Shown here one piece after another: positions 10,261 to 20,099 of a stretch of 64,000 nucleotides of DNA. Numbering within the stretch: position 1 is the stretch's first letter; every line of letters starts with the position of its first letter. Source of the stretch: Candidatus Dadabacteria bacterium (GTDB lineage Bacteria; Desulfobacterota_D; UBA1144; Nemesobacterales; CSP1-2); contig CAWDVW010000005.1 in NCBI GenBank assembly GCA_963805855.1, positions 736,001 to 800,000 of the forward strand. Reading direction: 5' to 3'. Below the pieces are notes generated by a model. That model worked only from the letters and a program-made list of their open reading frames with translations. It did not search any database and was not told the origin of the DNA. The position numbers were made by a program, and so were the translations under genes.

Positions 10261-10336
10261 TGGCGGGCGATGGGGGATTCGAACCCCCGACCTCTGGCTT
10301 CGGAGGCCAGTACTCTATCCGCTGAGCTAATCGCCC
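10261..10336 (-). tRNA. tRNA-Arg(CCG)
   Basis: 76-nt cloverleaf GGGCGATTAGCTCAGCGGATAGAGTACTGGCCTCCGAAGCCAGAGGTCGGGGGTTCGAATCCCCCATCGCCCGCCA; anticodon CCG; encoded CCA. Confidence 0.97.
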
Positions 10337-11115
10337 GATTTTGAAATCCCAAGCTCCTTCATCACAAGTTGCATATCTTCCCAGAGTGGTTTTTTAAATC
10401 CGGGATTTCTCAATAGCGCTGCGGGATGGTACGTGACCATAAGTCTTGCATGTCCATAAGTATGAAAATTCCCTCGCAGCTCACCGAGCTTTGCCTTAGT
10501 ATTTAAAACCGATTGAGCGGCAACGCTCCCAAGACATACAACCACCGCCGGATTAATGGCCCTCAGCTGCTTGAATAAAAACTGCCGGCAAGTCGCGATC
10601 TCATCTTGCTCCGGAGTTCTGTTACCAGGCGGGCGGCATTTTACTACATTACATATATAAACATCGGAACGCTTAAGTCCCATAGCAGTGATTATTTTCG
10701 TAAGTAGCTGTCCCGCCCTACCAACAAAGGGCTGTCCCTGAATATCTTCGTCCCTCCCCGGACCCTCGCCAACAAATACCAGCCGTGCCTTCGGATTCCC
10801 TTCTCCAAACACAATATTTGTTCTACCCTCATTAAGTTTACACCTGGTGCAATCTCCGATCTCTTCCTTGATCTCTTCAAGGGTTTGCTTCTTGGAAGCA
10901 GAATCAAAAATATTCAACTGGGGACTTGCGTCAATCGTCGTCTTCACGGGTTGTTTTGTTCTCATTTCATCTTCTTTAATTGCTGCGTTTTTCACATCTA
11001 CCTTTTTTGTCTTCGGGACTAAATACTCGAGACCCAGAGCCCTTTGGTATTCTACATATTTTCTGAGGTCCTCCAGTATCTGTGTTAACTCTGTTACCGA
11101 ACCGATTTGATTCAT
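10327..11115 (-). CDS. uracil-DNA glycosylase family 4 (Fe-S)
   Basis: CTRCKL, GEGPG, GQPFVGRAG, KCRPPGNR, TYHPAALLR. Confidence 0.93.
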   Translation of the reverse strand: MNQIGSVTELTQILEDLRKYVEYQRALGLEYLVPKTKKVDVKNAAIKEDEMRTKQPVKTTIDASPQLNIFDSASKKQTLEEIKEEIGDCTRCKLNEGRTNIVFGEGNPKARLVFVGEGPGRDEDIQGQPFVGRAGQLLTKIITAMGLKRSDVYICNVVKCRPPGNRTPEQDEIATCRQFLFKQLRAINPAVVVCLGSVAAQSVLNTKAKLGELRGNFHTYGHARLMVTYHPAALLRNPGFKKPLWEDMQLVMKELGISKSGD

Positions 11116-11174
11116 AATATTCGCTTAATTAAAATATAGCATACCGCTGGAATGTTCAATAAAATTATAAAAAT

Positions 11175-11298
11175 GTCACTTGCGATCGCCTTAAAGAGTG
11201 AACGTTCCGGAATTTGCAAAAATCATAAACAACGGATAACTTCCATACCCTACTCCATAGGTTCGGCCAAACATTGCTTCGCTAGTGCTCACAATGAC
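11175..11298. repeat. degenerate GTCATTGC..GCAATGAC-type palindromic element
   Basis: GTCACTTGCG...TTGCTTCGCTAGTGCTCACAATGAC, similar to the element at 32566-32671. Confidence 0.4.
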
Positions 11299-11327
11299 AC
11301 CAAATTTTTAGTGACCCATTTTCAATC

Positions 11328-13838
11328 ATGAAGAAAAACTACCATCCTCAAAAAATAGAAGAAAAGTGGCAGAACCTTTGGGAAGCTAAGAAATTATATG
11401 AAGTATCAGAAGATCCGCAAAGAGAGAAGTCCTACGTACTGGAAATGTTCCCCTACCCTTCTGGCAGAATCCACATGGGACACGTCAGGAACTACACAAT
11501 TGGAGATGTAATAGCACGATATAATAGATCCAAAGGGTTCAATGTTTTGCATCCCATCGGATGGGATGCATTCGGCCTACCAGCCGAAAACGCAGCGATA
11601 CAGCATGGGGTACATCCGGCTAAATGGACATCCGATAACATAGAGCAGATGAGAGGCCAGCTCAAAAGACTTGGCTTCAGCTATGACTGGAAAAGGGAAT
11701 TCGCCACATGTGAGCCGTCCTATTACAAGTGGGAGCAGATGGTTTTTACGAGGATGCTTAAACGTGGGCTGGCATATAAAAAGAAATCGCTAGTAAACTG
11801 GTGTCCATCATGTGAGACCGTCCTCGCGAACGAGCAGGTGGAGGACGGAATCTGCTGGAGATGTAAATCTCAGGTCCAGTCAAAAGAGATGGATGGCTGG
11901 TTTTTTAAAACGACTGATTATGCAGAAGAACTCCTTGCGTCGGGTGAAAATCTAAAAGATGGTTGGCCGGATAAGGTCATTGCCATGCAGAGGAACTGGA
12001 TCGGAAAAAGCGTCGGCGTGGAAGTAGATTTCCCACTCGAAGAACCAATCGACGATGAGAGATTTTTAAGGATTTTCACGACCCGTCCCGACACACTGTT
12101 CGGGGTTACCTTCATGAGTATTGCCCCGGAGCATTCGTTATCCGAAAAATTAGCCAGAGGAAAACCAAACGAAAAACAAGCCCTTGAGTTCATAAAAAGG
12201 ACTGTGAAGCAGACAAGCCTCGAAAGGATTTCAGAGGGTGCTAAAAAAGAAGGGATCTTTACCGGCACATACTGCATGAACCCCCTGACAGGGGAACGTA
12301 TTCCAATTTTTATAGCAAATTTTGTTCTCATTGAATACGGAACCGGAATAATTATGTGCGTACCCGCCCACGACCAGAGGGATTTTGAATTTGCTAAAGA
12401 ATACAGTTTACCAATAAAGGTGGTTATCAGGCCAGAGGATAAAGTAGGGGCAATTCATGAATTGCCCTTACAGACGAAAGAGAAATTGGAAAGAGCATAC
12501 GAAGATCCCGGAGTCATGGTTAACTCAGGCGAATTCTCCGGACTGCCGTCGGAGAGGGGAAAAGAGGAAATTATAAGACATATAGAAAATAAAGGAATTG
12601 GCAGAAAACAAGTCAATTACAAACTAAAGGATTGGGGCATTTCACGTCAGAGATACTGGGGAGCTCCGATTCCCGTTGTTTATTGCGGCTCATGCGGGGC
12701 TGTTCCTGTTCCCGATGAAGAGCTTCCCGTAGAACTACCTCTTGATATAGAATTCACAGGAAAGGGCGGTTCTCCGCTCGCGAAACTAGATAGTTTTGTC
12801 AACACAAGATGTCCCAAGTGCGGAAAAGACGCCAAGCGAGAGACGGATACCATGGACACCTTTGTCGAATCCTCATGGTATTTTCTGAGGTATGCTTCCC
12901 CGGACTTTGACCAAGGAATGTTCGATGGAGAAAAGGTCGCCTACTGGCTTCCCGTTGATCGGTATATAGGTGGCATTGAACACGCAATCCTGCACCTTTT
13001 ATACGCAAGGTTCTTCACAAAGGTCTTGAGAGACATGGGAATGTGCAATTTGGATGAACCATTCTCTCATCTCCTTACTCAAGGAATGGTTTTAAAAGAT
13101 GGGGCCAAAATGTCGAAGTCTTTTGGCAATATAGTCGACCCGGATGACATGATCGAAAAATTTGGAGCCGATACTGTCCGGGTTTTCATGCTTTTTGCAT
13201 CGCCAGTTCAAAGGGACCTCGACTGGAGCGACGAGGGGATCGAGGGGGCATATCGATTTTTAAACCGCTTGTGGAATCTCGTTCAAACTGCGCTTCCTGA
13301 AGCAAGGGGAATTAGAGACAAGGAACCGGATTTAGATAAAATCACCAAATCCGCAAGGGAATTACATCTCAAGGTTCATAAGACAATTAAAAAAGTAACG
13401 GAAGATTTGGAGAGATTTCAATTTAACACAGCTATTGCCGCGATAATGGAACTATTAAATGCTACTTCTAGATTTAATTCCGAAGAAAAAGATGACCTGC
13501 CCGTTCTAGCGGAATCGGTTGAATCTCTTGTCAGGCTTCTATACCCCATGGCTCCTCACATTGCGGAAGAGCTATGGGAACTAATCGGCTACGAAGAGAC
13601 ACTCGTCGTAAAACCATGGTTGCAATGGAATAAACAACTCGTCGAAGGTGCGTCTATCACGATCGTAATTCAGGTAAATGGGAAAGTAAGAAGCCAGGTC
13701 TTGATGGATTCAGATTCAACACAGGAAGAAATCGAACAAGCCGCCTTATCAGATGAAAAGGTGAGAAACTACATCGCTGGAAGGGAAATCAAGAAGGTTA
13801 TTGTGGTGCCCAAAAAACTTGTTAATGTGGTCATCTAA
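11328..13838 (+). CDS. leuS: leucine--tRNA ligase
   Basis: MFPYPSG, HMGH and KMSKS motifs, CP1 editing domain ([14 protein letters not shown]). Confidence 0.98.
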   Translation: MKKNYHPQKIEEKWQNLWEAKKLYEVSEDPQREKSYVLEMFPYPSGRIHMGHVRNYTIGDVIARYNRSKGFNVLHPIGWDAFGLPAENAAIQHGVHPAKWTSDNIEQMRGQLKRLGFSYDWKREFATCEPSYYKWEQMVFTRMLKRGLAYKKKSLVNWCPSCETVLANEQVEDGICWRCKSQVQSKEMDGWFFKTTDYAEELLASGENLKDGWPDKVIAMQRNWIGKSVGVEVDFPLEEPIDDERFLRIFTTRPDTLFGVTFMSIAPEHSLSEKLARGKPNEKQALEFIKRTVKQTSLERISEGAKKEGIFTGTYCMNPLTGERIPIFIANFVLIEYGTGIIMCVPAHDQRDFEFAKEYSLPIKVVIRPEDKVGAIHELPLQTKEKLERAYEDPGVMVNSGEFSGLPSERGKEEIIRHIENKGIGRKQVNYKLKDWGISRQRYWGAPIPVVYCGSCGAVPVPDEELPVELPLDIEFTGKGGSPLAKLDSFVNTRCPKCGKDAKRETDTMDTFVESSWYFLRYASPDFDQGMFDGEKVAYWLPVDRYIGGIEHAILHLLYARFFTKVLRDMGMCNLDEPFSHLLTQGMVLKDGAKMSKSFGNIVDPDDMIEKFGADTVRVFMLFASPVQRDLDWSDEGIEGAYRFLNRLWNLVQTALPEARGIRDKEPDLDKITKSARELHLKVHKTIKKVTEDLERFQFNTAIAAIMELLNATSRFNSEEKDDLPVLAESVESLVRLLYPMAPHIAEELWELIGYEETLVVKPWLQWNKQLVEGASITIVIQVNGKVRSQVLMDSDSTQEEIEQAALSDEKVRNYIAGREIKKVIVVPKKLVNVVI
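12444..12471. repeat. GTAG-family REP inserted in frame within leuS
   Basis: GTAGGGGCAATTCATGAATTGCCCTTAC, near-perfect palindrome encoding VGAIHELPL. Confidence 0.85.
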
Positions 13839-14030
13839 CCATATCATTCAATAAAAAAGAAATTATTACCTTTGTTGACCTTTGATTTCTTTATGGTATT
13901 TTGAATCAGTCTGGAAGCGCATATTAGAGATCGATAGAACTAATTCACTTAAAGCAGATATTTAACGAAGTAGCGTTTTAATTTCCCTATAAAATAACTA
14001 CTCCACTCCAACTCGAATGGAGGCTTAACG

Positions 14031-15131
14031 TTGTTTAAAGAAAATAAATTACCAAAAGATAATAAACTTTTCACAAGAAAAGTTAAAGCCATAGAAGTAA
14101 AAAGCAAGAAGACAATTTCTCAATTGCTTTCGGAGATGTCCCAGACCGGTTTTCAGGGCAGGAACCTGGCTAATGTAGTGGAAGTAATGGAAGAAATGTT
14201 AATGGATCGCGACACAACTATTCTATTTGGTTATGCTGGTTCTTTATCCACAACGGGCCAGTGGAAAATAATCAATTGGCTGATAGAGAACAATTACATT
14301 GATATACTCGTTCCAACTGGGGCAAACATCTCAGAAGACATAATTGACGCCATGGGATTGGGCTATTGGCAAGGAACCCATTTAGCAGATAATGAGGAAC
14401 TGTTCAGGGAAGGCTTCAATAGGTACTACGACGTATACGGCGATGAATCTGATTATCTGAAGATGACAGAGCTAATCGCGGAATTTATCCTAACCGTCGA
14501 TGAAAACTATAAATATTCTTCGAGGGAGTTTTTAAACCTTTTTGGGAAATGGCTGGGAGAAAAAGGCATCAGGAGTATTGTAACCCTAGCTGCTGAAAAC
14601 GGAGTCCCAATTTTTTGCCCAGCCATAGCCGACAGCCCTTATGGTGATGCGGCGCTTATAGCCAAGAGCAAGGGTTTCACTTTGACGATCGACGCAGTAA
14701 AAGATTATATAGAATTCATGAGCTTGGGGGGGCATGTAAAAGATACCGGAGTAATCTATATCGGCGGTGGAGTACCAAAGGATTTCATTCAACTTTTTGC
14801 TGTGACCAGCGATCTTCTCTACGAGGATAGAAAAATACCGAACAGAGACCACGGATTTAACAGGAAAAAAACGGGAAAAGCCGAGACATATTACCCACAC
14901 AAATATGCCATACAGATTACGACCGATTCACCTCAATGGGGCGGTTTATCGGGATGCACGTTTGAAGAGGCGGTCTCCTGGGGTAAGGAATTACCGGATG
15001 GAGGATTGGTTCAATGCTATTGTGATGCTACAATAGCTCTTCCTATAGTGACTCACGCACTCGCAGAAAGGGTTAAGCATAAGAGAAGAAAGAGAAATTT
15101 CACTAAATTACTAAACAATAAAAAACCCTGA
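14031..15131 (+). CDS. deoxyhypusine synthase-like protein (possible homospermidine synthase)
   Basis: GFQGRNL, PIFCPAIADS, IGGGVPKDF, GGLSGCTFEEAVSWGK; GGAGG before the TTG start. Confidence 0.88.
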   Translation: MFKENKLPKDNKLFTRKVKAIEVKSKKTISQLLSEMSQTGFQGRNLANVVEVMEEMLMDRDTTILFGYAGSLSTTGQWKIINWLIENNYIDILVPTGANISEDIIDAMGLGYWQGTHLADNEELFREGFNRYYDVYGDESDYLKMTELIAEFILTVDENYKYSSREFLNLFGKWLGEKGIRSIVTLAAENGVPIFCPAIADSPYGDAALIAKSKGFTLTIDAVKDYIEFMSLGGHVKDTGVIYIGGGVPKDFIQLFAVTSDLLYEDRKIPNRDHGFNRKKTGKAETYYPHKYAIQITTDSPQWGGLSGCTFEEAVSWGKELPDGGLVQCYCDATIALPIVTHALAERVKHKRRKRNFTKLLNNKKP

Positions 15132-15190
15132 CGCCTCCTGGTCCAAAGCTGGCCTTCATGTCTTGCTTCTTGTCCTATTTTATCTAGTTA

Positions 15191-15820
15191 TTATGTTTGA
15201 AAAAAAGCGCTGAGCTGTCGCGAAACCTTCTCGGGATCGGACGAACCAAAAACACTAGTTATAACCGCAATTCCGTCTACGCCTGTTTCTAGAACCGAGG
15301 CTACATTTTGAGGTGTTATTCCTCCGATCGCAAAAATCGGGATTTTGGGGATAACCCTCTTTGCCTCCCTCAATATTTGAAATGAAGTAGGCTGCCTGCC
15401 CGGCTTGGTCGGGGTTAAGAACGGTGTTCCGAAGGCCAAATAATCTGCACCTTCTCTATGAGCATCTATCCCCCTTTCTATACTGCTATAGCATGAAACC
15501 CCAATAATCGCCCTGTCCCCAAGTACGCTCCTGGCTTCGGCGATGGAGGCGTCATTCTGGCCGAGATGAACCCCCTCTGCACCAATATCTCTTGCAATCT
15601 CAAGATAATCATTGATTATCAACGGCACATTATATCTCCTCGTGAGCTTAATCAGCTCTTCAGCAAGCCTCAGAATCTCTTCGCTTGATGATTCTTTTTC
15701 CCTGAGTTGAACTACCTTGGCACCCCCCGTTATTGCCTTTTCGACAGTCTCAACGAGTCTTTTCCTCGGGATAAGCTTTTCGTCGGTAATGACATATAGG
15801 CCTCTAATTTGATATTTCAT
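15191..15820 (-). CDS. thiE: thiamine phosphate synthase
   Basis: VQLREK, LIINDY, GVHLGQND, TPTK, AIGGI motifs. Confidence 0.95.
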   Translation of the reverse strand: MKYQIRGLYVITDEKLIPRKRLVETVEKAITGGAKVVQLREKESSSEEILRLAEELIKLTRRYNVPLIINDYLEIARDIGAEGVHLGQNDASIAEARSVLGDRAIIGVSCYSSIERGIDAHREGADYLAFGTPFLTPTKPGRQPTSFQILREAKRVIPKIPIFAIGGITPQNVASVLETGVDGIAVITSVFGSSDPEKVSRQLSAFFQT

Positions 15821-15876
15821 CTAACAATTCAATCATAACCAATTCAGTTAATTTCAACAATAAACTAAGAAAGTAC

Positions 15877-15905
15877 TTGAAATATTTTTCCAGATAATTT
15901 AGAAT
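15877..15905 (+). promoter_or_regulatory. sigma70-type promoter
   Basis: TTGAAA-17 nt-TAGAAT upstream of ORF 15970. Confidence 0.45.
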
Positions 15906-15969
15906 GAGCTTTAAGATTTGCGTGTAATTCATTTAAGTAACGACTCTATCTTAAAGGAGGTAGTTTCGA

Positions 15970-16854
15970 ATGAGATGGTATGACTGGAAAACTATTTTAA
16001 TGAGCTTGGCTCTTTTTCCCCTGATTATCCTCGCTGTTTTTTTCAGTTCAACAAAAGAAGTTAATGCCGCGGGAGCACAAATACCCTACTCCTTCTTCCT
16101 TGAACATCCCTATTCTATTACTGGCCTCCGAGCGAATATTGAGTTTATAGATACAGATGACGACGGGTGGCTGATAATGAACTCATATAGAGGGGATATT
16201 AACATTTACCAGAATCTTTTTGGAGTCTACGCAAAGTTCCCATTTGCAGGCGTAACAGATTTTGGACCAGATAATGAGAGTGATTATGACTTCGGTAACT
16301 TAAGTATTGGCACAAAATTTGTCGTACTCAACCTGGATAATGCCGTTCTCACGACCGGTTTCGAGGTGTTTTTCCCCACCGCAAAAAATGGCCTCGGGGC
16401 ACTTGGTGCTCAGCAATATTTCAGAGATGTTGCGGCATTTGCAGACGATGCTTGGACTTTTAAACCATATGCGGCATTTGGTGTAAGTCAGGGAATCTTC
16501 GCATTCCAGGCAAATCTCGATTTTGACATCCTTACAAATGCGGAAAAACTCAATACCGTATTCGATACTGGAGGAGATAGCACTCAGCTGATAATTAAAT
16601 ACGGAGCCGCCGGAAGCATTACGCCGGAGCTGCCACTTCCATTCTCTACCAGCTTTCTTTTAGAGTTGCTGCTCGCTTCTTCCACAACATTTGACGACAA
16701 CATAACCGGAGCCTACCTAACCCCTGGCTTAAGGTTCGGAGGACAGATAGTAAGTGTCGGCGCGGGTGTAGAAATTCCGTTTGGAAGTAATGAGGTAACC
16801 GATTTTGCCAATGTTGGTTTCGTACTCGACCTGGTAATCAGATTCGGTTCATAG
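15970..16854 (+). CDS. putative outer-membrane beta-barrel protein
   Basis: signal peptide, alternating amphipathic strands, C-terminal LVIRF, AGGAGG RBS. Confidence 0.65.
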   Translation: MRWYDWKTILMSLALFPLIILAVFFSSTKEVNAAGAQIPYSFFLEHPYSITGLRANIEFIDTDDDGWLIMNSYRGDINIYQNLFGVYAKFPFAGVTDFGPDNESDYDFGNLSIGTKFVVLNLDNAVLTTGFEVFFPTAKNGLGALGAQQYFRDVAAFADDAWTFKPYAAFGVSQGIFAFQANLDFDILTNAEKLNTVFDTGGDSTQLIIKYGAAGSITPELPLPFSTSFLLELLLASSTTFDDNITGAYLTPGLRFGGQIVSVGAGVEIPFGSNEVTDFANVGFVLDLVIRFGS

Positions 16855-16906
16855 TCAATCTCTTTCATAAACGACTTTCTTCTTCGAGAATTAATGCAAA
16901 TAAGAG

Positions 16907-17058
16907 TAGCCTACCAGTCCCTGTCCTGAGTCCTGAGTTTATCGAAGAATCGAAGGGTTCCCTCCGGAGGGTTACTGTGTTCTTTGTGGCGACCTGAAGG
17001 TCGCCGCTACAACAATCATATCCCTCTTCAAATGTAGCGGAGGACTTTAGTCCTCCAT
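16907..17058. repeat. cluster of REP-like palindromes with a nested CTGAG/CGAAG unit
   Basis: CCTGTCCTGAGTCCTGAGTTTATCGAAGAATCGAAGGG; GGCGACCTGAAGGTCGCCGCTAC; GTAGCGGAGGACTTTAGTCCTCC (matches 4169-4191). Confidence 0.75.
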
Positions 17059-17305
17059 TTTTACGGTGCGTTGACAGCGTATATTTCTCATCCCGAACGT
17101 CGCTATCGGATATCCATTTGAAACGAAAGACTTGCGCTACAGGGGTCATTTTGCCACGAGGAAGACCGCTCTGAGTTAACCGAAGGGCAAATTTCGCAAA
17201 GAGGTTGGACGACAGGGCTGTGTGTGTCAATGACAGTAGAAGTCCGATGGCTTGCTACTGGGATTTCACTGGTTAAGAAATACACGAGCTAATATTCCGC
17301 TCAAA

Positions 17306-18643
17306 TTACTGAATGTTTATATTCTTAAAAATTGCTTCCTCTATCGCCCGATAATTATTAGGAAGCTCGACAGGCCGGTTCGCATATTTCGAGACGATTC
17401 CTTCAATTTCGCCCCTATGATAGCCAATCTTAAATTCGACGAATTTAAGCCCATGTGCGGTAGAAATTAACACAATTCTATCATCGGGTTTAAATATCTT
17501 CCGCCTAAGAAGCTTTAGAAAAACTGCAATGGCAACACCTGTATGGGGACAGTTGAAAGTTCCCGTCCGATCAACAAGTGCTGCCGCGTCTGATAGCTCC
17601 GTCTCACTTGCCTGCTCAACAATCCCGTCGAAGGCCTTAAGGGTTTTGATTGCCTTGTTCACACTCACGGGATTCCCAATTTGTATTGCGCTTGCGAGGG
17701 TTTTCTTTGCTTTAACAGAATGGAATTCTTTGAATCCTTTCAGGTAGCTTAAATACAGGGGGTTAGCATTCTCAGCCTGCGCGCAAACCAAACGGGGTAG
17801 TCTTTTAATTAGTCCAAGTTCATACATAATCAGAAAGCCCTTGCCCAGTGCAGATATATTACCGAGATTTCCCCCCGGAATGATCACCCAGTCAGGGACC
17901 TCCCAGTCAAACTGCTGGCAGAGCTCAATACTCACCGTTTTCTGCCCCTCGATGCGCAGCGAGTTCATAGAGTTAGCAAGATAGATGTTATGGTCATCAC
18001 AGATTCTTTGGACCATTTCCATGCAACCGTCAAAATCTGTATCAATCGAAAGAACCAAGGCCCCATTGGCCAGCGGTTGGACAAGCTGAGCAATGGAAAC
18101 CTTATCCTTGGGAAGAAAGACTACTGCCGGTATTCCAGCCGCAGCGCAATACGCGGCAAGGGCCGCTGATGTATCTCCGGTTGATGCACAGGCAGCAGCG
18201 GGGATCTCCTTACCGTCCGCAATCATTTGATTAACAACGGATACCAAAACCGTCATCCCCAAATCTTTGAATGAACCGGTGTGACTGTTACCGCACATCT
18301 TAATCCAGAGGTCTTCAACTTTTACCTGCTTTCCAAATCTGTCAGCCCAGAAAAGGTTGGTAGCACCCTCATACATTGAAACAGTATTGTCCTCCTCCAC
18401 GTAGGGACAAACCCACTCTTTTTTACCCCACACAGAGCTTCCGTAGGGCCACATTTGTCTTCTATACCGGTCATCAAACAGGTCTTTCCACTGTTGGGGA
18501 GTCTGTCTGCGAAGTGAGTCCATGTCGTGCACTACTTCAAGTAAGTTCGAGCACCTCGCGCAGCGATAAATTATTTGATCTAGTTGATATTTTTCTTCAC
18601 AGGCCTCATTGATGCATTGAAACCAAGCTTTATATTCGCTCAT
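17306..18643 (-). CDS. thrC: threonine synthase
   Basis: HTGSFKDLGM PLP-lysine motif, CASTGDTSA, PGGNLGN. Confidence 0.95.
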   Translation of the reverse strand: MSEYKAWFQCINEACEEKYQLDQIIYRCARCSNLLEVVHDMDSLRRQTPQQWKDLFDDRYRRQMWPYGSSVWGKKEWVCPYVEEDNTVSMYEGATNLFWADRFGKQVKVEDLWIKMCGNSHTGSFKDLGMTVLVSVVNQMIADGKEIPAAACASTGDTSAALAAYCAAAGIPAVVFLPKDKVSIAQLVQPLANGALVLSIDTDFDGCMEMVQRICDDHNIYLANSMNSLRIEGQKTVSIELCQQFDWEVPDWVIIPGGNLGNISALGKGFLIMYELGLIKRLPRLVCAQAENANPLYLSYLKGFKEFHSVKAKKTLASAIQIGNPVSVNKAIKTLKAFDGIVEQASETELSDAAALVDRTGTFNCPHTGVAIAVFLKLLRRKIFKPDDRIVLISTAHGLKFVEFKIGYHRGEIEGIVSKYANRPVELPNNYRAIEEAIFKNINIQ

Positions 18644-18842
18644 ATCTTAAAACAAAATACATTTCAGTATAGTAGGTGTCAACGCTGTTCGAAACAACGG
18701 CACTTTGCGGTCAAGCTCTAACGATTATTTGTCTACTGGAATCAGGGTATTTAAAAATCCAAAAAATTCTCCAAAATAAGATCGTCTGATAATCGGTTTC
18801 TTGAAAACATCTATAAACATGGCGTAATCCCATTCATTTTTG

Positions 18843-18871
18843 TTGACACTAATCATCCGTTTTGGTAACCT
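18843..18871 (+). promoter_or_regulatory. sigma70-type promoter of the acyP operon
   Basis: TTGACA-17 nt-TAACCT just upstream of ATG 18883. Confidence 0.5.
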
Positions 18872-18882
18872 GAGATTGGAGG

Positions 18883-19161
18883 ATGAGTAAAGAAAGGGTC
18901 ACTATCATAGTGCAGGGGAGAGTTCAGGGTGTATTCTATAGAGCAAGGGCTAAAGAAAAAGCAATAGAGCTTGAGCTTAATGGATGGGTAAAGAACAGGA
19001 TGGACGGTACTGTTGAAATCGTAGCGGAAGGTAACAAAGAAGACCTGGAAAGATTGGTGGATTGGAGCAAGTATGGACCTAAGCATGCACATGTGACAAA
19101 AATCGAAGTGAAATGGCAGCCATTTGTGGGTGAATTCAGTGATTTCGCGGTAAAATATTAA
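18883..19161 (+). CDS. acyP: acylphosphatase
   Basis: GRVQGVFYR, GWVKNRMDGTVE, GP motif. Confidence 0.93.
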   Translation: MSKERVTIIVQGRVQGVFYRARAKEKAIELELNGWVKNRMDGTVEIVAEGNKEDLERLVDWSKYGPKHAHVTKIEVKWQPFVGEFSDFAVKY

Positions 19162-19174
19162 CACAGCAAAAGCG

Positions 19175-19828
19175 ATGAATGATATAGTAATTAAGTGCAT
19201 ACCAGGTGGGAGCTTCCTGACAAACAGCTACATAATAGGTGATGGGGAAACTCTTGATGCTATCCTTATCGATCCAGGAAGCCAAGTGAAAGAAATTCTA
19301 GATGAAATAGATAATTCCGGACTCATTGTCAAAAGGATAATAAACACTCACGCACATATTGATCATGCTGCAGGTGTTGAAGAAGCGAAGCAACAACTAG
19401 AAGCTGAATTTTACCTGCACCCCGAAGAAGAACCGGTACTTAACGCACTGCCCGAGTCAGCCCTGCGGTTTCCAGAATTTTCCGGTGTTAAGGTACCCGA
19501 GATCGACAAATTTATTGAAGAGGGGGATGAAATTCAGATCGGTAATTACACGGCTAAAGTAATACACACACCGGGTCATACATTTGGGAGCATTTGCCTT
19601 TTGATCGATGAACATGTAATTTCCGGTGATACACTTTTTGCAGGAAGTGTCGGAAGAGTAGACCTGACAGGTGGAACATCCATGCGCGAATTAGTTCGTT
19701 CGATAAAAACCAAACTGATGACGCTCCCAGACTCCTATAATGTTTATCCGGGGCATGGACCTTATACAACAATAGGGATTGAGAGGAAATCAAACCCATT
19801 CATATCGGGAGGTGTGATTCTTCTCTAA
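19175..19828 (+). CDS. MBL-fold metallo-hydrolase (glyoxalase II-like)
   Basis: THAHIDH, HTPGHT, SGDTLF, PGHG. Confidence 0.92.
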   Translation: MNDIVIKCIPGGSFLTNSYIIGDGETLDAILIDPGSQVKEILDEIDNSGLIVKRIINTHAHIDHAAGVEEAKQQLEAEFYLHPEEEPVLNALPESALRFPEFSGVKVPEIDKFIEEGDEIQIGNYTAKVIHTPGHTFGSICLLIDEHVISGDTLFAGSVGRVDLTGGTSMRELVRSIKTKLMTLPDSYNVYPGHGPYTTIGIERKSNPFISGGVILL

Positions 19829-19829
19829 A

Positions 19830-20099
19830 ATGAAAAAATTCATAATAAAGACTGTTTTTATTCTGGTATGCATTTCACTCGCTAGTTACATCTTCACAAA
19901 AGAAATTACCAAGGTGTATTCACTGTACAGAGAAAATGATGAGATAAAGAGAAGAATAGTAAAACTGAAAAAGGAAAACGAGAAGTTGCAAAAACAAATT
20001 ACAGTCCTAAATACTGAAATTCCTATTATAGAAAAAATCGCGAGAGAAGAATTGGGAATGATTAAAAACAGTGAGAAGATTTATAAATTCCAAGAATAA
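19830..20099 (+). CDS. septum formation initiator (FtsB/DivIC family)
   Basis: N-terminal TM, coiled coil, IEKIAREELGMIK..E motif. Confidence 0.85.
   Translation: MKKFIIKTVFILVCISLASYIFTKEITKVYSLYRENDEIKRRIVKLKKENEKLQKQITVLNTEIPIIEKIAREELGMIKNSEKIYKFQE

Noticed and set aside
8824-10336. Integrative element at the tRNA-Arg 3' end
   Set aside because: No integrase and no duplicated tRNA 3' end (att) was seen in the window.
15821-15969. TPP riboswitch upstream of thiE
   Set aside because: No CTGAGA or ACCTGA core; the region is AT-rich divergent promoter DNA.
16865-17285. ORFs 16865-17230 and 17103-17285, and a weak c-di-GMP-I riboswitch-like stretch (GGCAAA...GGACG near 17185)
   Set aside because: The ORFs run through REP repeats and show no domain. 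The RNA motif lacks the GCAAAGC and second stem, and is not upstream of a same-strand gene.
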